61,365 bases of DNA, taken from Acidimicrobiia bacterium. GTDB taxonomy: Bacteria > Actinomycetota > Acidimicrobiia > Spongiisociales > JAHEDJ01. The DNA is taken from the NCBI GenBank assembly GCA_029210695.1, contig JARGFH010000020.1, forward strand, positions 1-61,365, written 5' to 3'. Made by a program: the position numbers and the translations under genes. Of this stretch, positions 56,083 to 61,365 are shown one piece after another (the first letter of the stretch is position 1; each line of letters opens with the position of its first letter). The notes beneath the pieces are model-generated. The model had not been told where the DNA came from. It made no database searches and saw only the letters and a list, made by a program, of their open reading frames with translations.

Positions 56083-56488
56083 TTCGATCCGCAAAATCGT
56101 GGCGGCCGTGGTGACCATCGGCCTGGCGGTCGTTGTCGTGGTCGGTCTCGTCCAGGGCGACCGTACGGATGAAGATCGAGCCCGGTCTATCGGCAGTCGG
56201 GTCAAGTGCCCGGTCTGCCAGGGCGTCGCTATCGCCGATTCACCGTCCGAAACTGCCAGGGCGATGATGGACGTCGTCGAAGAGCGAATCGCAGACGGGT
56301 GGTCCGACCGGCAGATCATCGACTACTTCTCCGAGCGGTACACCGACAGCATCGTCATCGACCCACCGTTCTCCGGGAACACTCTGCTCGTCTGGCTGCT
56401 CCCGATCCTGGCAGTAGTCGCAGGCTTCTTCATGATCTTCTCCCGGCGCAAGACGCCGGTGCCAAAAACCGATGAGGTGAAACAGTGA
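56075..56488 (+). CDS. ccmH: Cytochrome c biogenesis protein CcmH/CcmL
   Basis: VKCPVCQGVAIADS, YFSERY, LVWLLP. Confidence 0.9.
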   Translation: MSDSIRKIVAAVVTIGLAVVVVVGLVQGDRTDEDRARSIGSRVKCPVCQGVAIADSPSETARAMMDVVEERIADGWSDRQIIDYFSERYTDSIVIDPPFSGNTLLVWLLPILAVVAGFFMIFSRRKTPVPKTDEVKQ

Positions 56489-57330
56489 GCAACTTCAACC
56501 AGGAGTCGTACGACCGAGCCGCCGCCCGCAAGGAACTCGCCCTGACCGATCTCGAAGAACTGGCCCAGCAGGTGGAAGACGGTGAGATCGACGCAGCCAC
56601 CGCGGCAGGACTCCGGAGCGGCTACGAGGCTGAACTTGGCGCGGCCGAGGCCGAACTGGCCACACTCGGCCCACCGCCAGCCCGCAAGAAGTCGCCCGCC
56701 TCGGCTCAGGCGCCGGGTTCGACCAAACGAGCTCCGAGCGAGACGGGGCAGCCTGCCGGGAAATCGAGCGACCTCAATACGCGCCTGCTGGTCGGCGCCG
56801 GAATTCTCATCGTCGCCCTCGTCGTGATTCTCATCTCGGTGCAGAATTCGGCACAGCCGGATCCGGCCGCGGTGGGCACCCAGGTGACAACCGCAAGCGG
56901 CGAGGGCCCCTGCGCGGAACTGGCCGGCGCGTTGACCAATCACTCCGACAACGGCTTTCGTCTGGCGCTGGCCGATTGCTACGCAGACGTCGGAGACGCC
57001 ATGTCGGCGATCGAGCATTACCGGGCCGTCGCCGAGGCCGAAGGCGCCACCGACGGCGAGGTAGCCCGGGCCAACGTGGGACTCGGTTTTCTCAACCTCC
57101 AAATCGGAGAGCTCACCAAGGCTGCCGACTACATGCGCCTGGCACTCGAGCGCGACGCCGCCAATATCGAAGCTCAGTACTTCCTGGGCATGATGCTGGT
57201 CTACGACCTCGGCGACCCGGCCGCAGGGGCCCCCTACTTGGAATCGGTACTCGCCACGCCCGATTTGCCGGAGACCGTGGTTCTCGAAATCCAGGCGGCG
57301 CTCGACGTCGCAGCGGGCGAAGGCTCATGA
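56485..57330 (+). CDS. ccmI: CcmI/CycH-like TPR protein
   Basis: LEELAQQVEDGEID, one TM, C-terminal TPR-like helices; position in the ccm operon. Confidence 0.65.
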   Translation: MSNFNQESYDRAAARKELALTDLEELAQQVEDGEIDAATAAGLRSGYEAELGAAEAELATLGPPPARKKSPASAQAPGSTKRAPSETGQPAGKSSDLNTRLLVGAGILIVALVVILISVQNSAQPDPAAVGTQVTTASGEGPCAELAGALTNHSDNGFRLALADCYADVGDAMSAIEHYRAVAEAEGATDGEVARANVGLGFLNLQIGELTKAADYMRLALERDAANIEAQYFLGMMLVYDLGDPAAGAPYLESVLATPDLPETVVLEIQAALDVAAGEGS

Positions 57331-57929
57331 CCGATACCGACCTCGCCGTCGAGCCGACCCCGGACGCTCAGCAACGCAATCTCAAACTGTGGATAACCAC
57401 CGGCATCGCGGCAGTTGCGTTCATCGCGCTGGCGCTCGTGTTCAACAGCCGGTTCGGCGTTGACCCCCGGGTCGTCGAATCCCCGCTCATCGGGAAACCC
57501 GCCCCGAACGTCGAACTTGAGGTTCTCGAGCAGGACGCCATCTCCGGCCCCATGTCCATCTCGGAACTTCGCGGCAGTGTGGTTGTCGTCAACTTCTTTG
57601 CCTCGTGGTGCATCCCCGCCTGTCGCGACGAGCACCCCCATCTCACTGCGGCCGCCGCCGACTACGCCGACCGGGGCGCGCGATTCATTGGAATAGCCAC
57701 CAGCGACGCGCCGGACGACACTCGCAGGTTCCTGGACGCGCTCGGGTGGGGAACCAACTACACCTATCTCAACGACCCCGATGCCAGGGCCGGGGTCGAG
57801 TTCGGCACGTTCGGAGTTCCGGAGACGTTCGTGATCGACCGGGAGGGGCTCGTCACGCACAAATTCACAGGCCCGGTCACATACGATGAACTGGTGGTCG
57901 AGTTGGAGAAGGCGTTGGCGGGCTCATGA
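57327..57929 (+). CDS. ccmG: TlpA/DsbE/CcmG thiol-disulfide oxidoreductase
   Basis: SPLIGKPAP, VVNFFASWCIPACRDE, GVPETFVID. Confidence 0.85.
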   Translation: MTDTDLAVEPTPDAQQRNLKLWITTGIAAVAFIALALVFNSRFGVDPRVVESPLIGKPAPNVELEVLEQDAISGPMSISELRGSVVVVNFFASWCIPACRDEHPHLTAAAADYADRGARFIGIATSDAPDDTRRFLDALGWGTNYTYLNDPDARAGVEFGTFGVPETFVIDREGLVTHKFTGPVTYDELVVELEKALAGS

Positions 57930-57939
57930 TGGGGTGCCC

Positions 57940-57975
57940 GGGACACCTGGCCCCACGGTCGGGGAACTAGGCTCC
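57940..57975. promoter_or_regulatory. Tandem DosR/DevR-like boxes
   Basis: GGGACACCTGGCCC (57940) and GGGAACTAGGCTCC (57962). Confidence 0.5.
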
Positions 57976-58038
57976 TATGCGCCGCCGGAAGGTCGGACGA
58001 ACATGGGTCCGGCGTAGGATCCTGTAGGGGAGACAGGG

Positions 58039-58731
58039 ATGCAGAGAACAAACGAGCTGACACGCACGGTCCTGCGACTGGCCTGGTTGACTCTTTTGAC
58101 TCTCGCATGGGTGTTGTGGACGAGTCAGGCGGCCGCCCACGCCCAGGAACTCCCCGGACGAGATGATCCGTTCTGGAAGACCGACACCTGCCTCGGCTGC
58201 CATCAGCAGTCGGACTTGTCCGTGAAACTGCCATCCGACGAGACGCTGCGACTGGTCGTATATAGAGGCGAGTACGAAGATTCAGTGCATGGTCGAACAG
58301 GAGTGGCCTGCCGCAACTGTCATCTTGACATCACCGGTGTCCCTCACCCTGATCTCACCGCCGGAAGCCTGGTCGAGTTCTCAGAACAGCAAGCCAGCTC
58401 CTGCGAGATGTGTCACCGGGATCACTACGGCAAAGTGGCAGACGAACTGCATGAGGAGTCTGGTGGTTTGTTGTGCTTCGAGTGTCATGATCCGCACACA
58501 ACCGGCAGCACTGACTCGGTATCGACTGAGGTTCAAGCTTCCTGCAACGCATGCCACTCCGGGAGTATCGAGATTCCTGCACAGGGGATTCACGCCGCGG
58601 CCGAGGTCCCGGTCCCGGAGACCACGAGCGGTGTCACGATCCTGCTCATTCTCGGCGGGATCTTTGTCGGTTTCGTCGTCCTCGTCTGGTTGGCGACGGT
58701 GGCCTGGCGCGTTGTGCGCGATCGAAGCTGA
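58039..58731 (+). CDS. Pentaheme c-type cytochrome with signal peptide and C-terminal membrane anchor
   Basis: CLGCH, CRNCH, CEMCH, CFECH, CNACH; AHA-Q cleavage; C-terminal TM. Confidence 0.9.
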   Translation: MQRTNELTRTVLRLAWLTLLTLAWVLWTSQAAAHAQELPGRDDPFWKTDTCLGCHQQSDLSVKLPSDETLRLVVYRGEYEDSVHGRTGVACRNCHLDITGVPHPDLTAGSLVEFSEQQASSCEMCHRDHYGKVADELHEESGGLLCFECHDPHTTGSTDSVSTEVQASCNACHSGSIEIPAQGIHAAAEVPVPETTSGVTILLILGGIFVGFVVLVWLATVAWRVVRDRS

Positions 58732-58791
58732 TCCGGCTCGGTCCCCTACGTTGCCTTGTAGCAATTCCCAAGCTCGTGCGCCCTTTCACAT

Positions 58792-58805
58792 GGGTCGAAT
58801 GACCC
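58792..58805. promoter_or_regulatory. Palindromic DosR/DevR-like box
   Basis: GGGTC-GAAT-GACCC; weaker boxes at 58732 and 58770. Confidence 0.55.
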
Positions 58806-58872
58806 TACGCGATTTGCGCGCGGATCCGTCATTATGTCGGTACACGAGTCGAGTAGCTCCCGGGGAGGAAGC

Positions 58873-60987
58873 ATGAGTCGATTTCGACACACACGCCTGG
58901 TTGTGCTTGTCGCCCTGCTGATGGTCTTGGCGGCCTGCACGAGCAGCGCCGACGACACCACCACCACTACGGGTGCGGAAGGGGCAACACCAACCACAGC
59001 TCCGCCGGCCGGCGAGCCGGTGGAATCCGAGCTCGTGGTTCCGTTCCTGGCCGCCTGGGTCGGATCTGGTCACAACAACGACACGGCTGAAGCGTTCGTG
59101 CACTGGAACGAGGACGACCCCCAGCTCATTCCGACCAGTTGCGCGAAGTGCCACAGCACCCCCGGTCACCTCGACTTCCTCGGAGCAGACGGCAGCCCGT
59201 TCGGCAGCGTTGAAGCCGACGCGGCGATCGGGACCACAATCCAATGCGAGGCGTGCCACAACGATGTCACGATTTCTCTGGACAGCGTCGTGATGCCGTC
59301 GGGCCTCGAGCTCACCGGCCTCGGCGACGAATCCCGTTGCATGAACTGCCACCAGGGCCGTGAGTCCAAGATCAGCGTGGACGCTTCGATCACCGAAGCG
59401 GGCGTCGAAGAGGACACCGTCTCCGAAGACCTGGGTTTCCGAAACATCCACTACTTCGCGGCCGCCGCCACCAAATACGGCACCGAAGCCAAGGGTGGTT
59501 ATGAGTACGAGGGCAAGACCTACGATGCGTTCTTCGTCCACGTCGAGGGATACTCGACCTGTATTCAGTGCCACGATCCCCACACGCTGGAACTGAAGAT
59601 CGCCGAATGCTCGACGTGCCACACCGGTGTCGCCACGATCGAGGATCTCCGCGATGTCCGCATGCCGGGATCACTCGTCGACTTCGACGGAGACGGCGAC
59701 CTCGAAGAGGGCATCTACTACGAACTCGAGGGCGTGCGGGAGCTGCTGCTTCAGGCCATTGAGGCCTACGCCTCCGAGGTGGCGGGAACCGGCATCACCT
59801 ACGACGCCAATGCCTACCCGTACTTCTTCGATGAGGCCGGCGAGCGATTCGCCGCCTGGACCCCGCGCCTCCTCAAAGCCGCGTACAACTATCAGGTTTC
59901 CCTCAAGGACCCGGGAGCGTTCGCCCACGGCGGCAAGTACATCCTGGAGTTGATGTACGACTCGATCGAGAACCTCAACGAAGCCATCTCGTCGCCCATC
60001 GACATGACGGCGATGCACCGCATCGACCACGGGCACTTCGCCGGGTCTGAGGAAGCCTTCCGACACTGGGACGAGGACGGCGCAGTGCCTGCATCTTGTT
60101 CGCGCTGCCACTCCACGGAGGGCCTGCCGCTGTACCTGCAGGAAGGCGTGACGATCACCCAGCCGACTTCCAACGGGTTCAACTGCTCGACGTGCCACGA
60201 CAGCACGAGCGAGTGGACCCGGTATGAAGTGCTCGACGTCACCTTCCCGAGCGGAGCAACAGTCGACAGCGGCGACGCCAACACCAACCTCTGCATGAGC
60301 TGCCATCAGGGCCGTGAGTCTGGTTCCAGCGTTGATCGCCGAATCGGCGACACGGGGCCCGACTCGGTCAGCGACGCACTGGGATTTGTCAACGTGCACT
60401 ACCTGCCGGCGGGTGCCACCCTTTTCGGTAGCGAAGCTGCGGGTGGCTACCAGTACGCCGGACAGACGTATGCCGGAGCCAACGACCACCCGATCGCCAC
60501 GTGCACGGGTTGCCACAGTTCCCACACGCTCCAGGTTCAGGTTGAGGCCTGCGGAGGTTGCCATCAGGGGACGAACTCCGAAGAGGACCTGAAGGACATC
60601 CGGATCACTGCCGGCGACTTCGATGGTGACGGCGACGAGGCCGAGGGCATCGCCGATGAAATCACCACGATGCGCGAAGCGCTGCTGACGGCGATGCAGG
60701 CGTATGCCTCCTCGACAGAGGGCCTTCAGCCGATCGTGTACGACGCCCACGCCTATCCGTACTTCTTTACCGACCTCAACGGTGACGGAAGCGCAAGCCC
60801 CGACGAGGCGAACTTCGGCAACCAGTACGCCACCTGGACGCCGCGCCTGCTTAGGGCTGCCTACAACTACCAGTACGCAACGAAGGACCCGGGCGGCTTC
60901 GCCCACAACCCGGCCTACGTGCTCGAGTTGCTATACGACTCACTGGCGGACATCGGCGCCGACGTGACGGGATTGACCAGGCCGTAG
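58873..60987 (+). CDS. Decaheme c-type cytochrome lipoprotein (2 x pentaheme internal repeat; OmcB-like polyheme)
   Basis: GGAGG RBS, lipobox LAAC, Thr-rich linker; CAKCH, CEACH, CMNCH, CIQCH, CSTCH / CSRCH, CSTCH, CMSCH, CTGCH, CGGCH. Confidence 0.92.
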   Translation: MSRFRHTRLVVLVALLMVLAACTSSADDTTTTTGAEGATPTTAPPAGEPVESELVVPFLAAWVGSGHNNDTAEAFVHWNEDDPQLIPTSCAKCHSTPGHLDFLGADGSPFGSVEADAAIGTTIQCEACHNDVTISLDSVVMPSGLELTGLGDESRCMNCHQGRESKISVDASITEAGVEEDTVSEDLGFRNIHYFAAAATKYGTEAKGGYEYEGKTYDAFFVHVEGYSTCIQCHDPHTLELKIAECSTCHTGVATIEDLRDVRMPGSLVDFDGDGDLEEGIYYELEGVRELLLQAIEAYASEVAGTGITYDANAYPYFFDEAGERFAAWTPRLLKAAYNYQVSLKDPGAFAHGGKYILELMYDSIENLNEAISSPIDMTAMHRIDHGHFAGSEEAFRHWDEDGAVPASCSRCHSTEGLPLYLQEGVTITQPTSNGFNCSTCHDSTSEWTRYEVLDVTFPSGATVDSGDANTNLCMSCHQGRESGSSVDRRIGDTGPDSVSDALGFVNVHYLPAGATLFGSEAAGGYQYAGQTYAGANDHPIATCTGCHSSHTLQVQVEACGGCHQGTNSEEDLKDIRITAGDFDGDGDEAEGIADEITTMREALLTAMQAYASSTEGLQPIVYDAHAYPYFFTDLNGDGSASPDEANFGNQYATWTPRLLRAAYNYQYATKDPGGFAHNPAYVLELLYDSLADIGADVTGLTRP

Positions 60988-60994
60988 CGACAAG

Positions 60995-61027
60995 GGGGGC
61001 CGGGCACACACCCGGCCCCCTCATTTT
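60995..61027 (+). terminator. Intrinsic terminator
   Basis: gggggccggg-cacaca-cccggccccc followed by tcatttt. Confidence 0.8.
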
Positions 61028-61108
61028 CACCCGTTCTTGCGTCACTTTGGGGCGGTGGTTTCAAGGGTTGGCCGCGACGAGTTTGTTTAGTTGTTCGGCT
61101 GGGGTTTC

Positions 61109-61288
61109 TGAATCGCCCTGGGTTTCTTGGAGACTCTTTACCTTGGAAGCGAGGATGGAGTTATGTCAAAGAAACTGCAGGCGCCGACGAACCGTCGGTA
61201 TACCCGGGAGCAGAAGGATCAGGCGGTGCGTCTGGTCCGGAAGTTGCGGGCAGAGACGGGTGAGCGGTATGGGGCGGTGAAGCGTGTC
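61109..61288 (+). mobile_element. IS3-family (IS6110-like) left end with truncated OrfA
   Basis: IRL TGAATCGCCCTGG...GGAGACT; OrfA from 61163 MSKKLQAPTNRRYTREQKDQAVRLV...GAVKRV, then similarity is lost. Confidence 0.8.
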
Positions 61289-61365
61289 CCCTCTGTGTCA
61301 ACGTTTCGTGAGACGGGTCGTGTAGGTGTATCACTGTGTTGAGAGGGCGGGATGGGAGAATCCCT
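61289..61365. mobile_element. Possible end of a second IS interrupting the IS3 element
   Basis: Abrupt loss of OrfA similarity at ctctgtgtcaacgtttcgtgagacggg; window end. Confidence 0.35.

Noticed and set aside
58039..58731. NrfA or NrfH/NapC
   Set aside because: No CxxCK, too short for NrfA; five hemes with a C-terminal rather than N-terminal anchor

Overview
GC-rich bacterial chromosomal segment. Its gene content (clpS-DUF2017, glnE/nadE, an Rv0474/hbhA-like pair, an Rv0501/Rv0502-like pair, many leaderless TANNNT starts) points to Actinomycetota, probably Acidimicrobiia (inference). Both ends carry insertion-sequence termini. The first ~42 kb hold a caa3-type cytochrome c oxidase operon and mostly housekeeping genes. 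These include a selenocysteine-containing SelD (in-frame UGA plus candidate SECIS), greA, mgtE, a REC-GGDEF-HD-GYP protein, nadE, glnE, aroF-tyrA, a lipid-droplet-like locus, xdhC-mocA and clpS. The last ~18 kb are a respiratory/electron-transfer island. It has two tandem split (b6f-type) Rieske/cytochrome b complexes: the first has subunit IV fused to 8 c-type heme domains, and the second is headed by an NfnB/DsrL-like FAD/Fe-S oxidoreductase and has an APWY instead of PEWY Qo motif. It also has a complete System I ccm cluster, a membrane-anchored pentaheme cytochrome and a duplicated decaheme lipoprotein. DosR/DevR-like operator boxes precede each unit of the island. Just upstream, an 8 x 20-bp tandem repeat forms a chain of seven ATGA-coupled 7-codon mini-ORFs linking two genes. 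All family assignments are from recognised motifs; no database searches were run.
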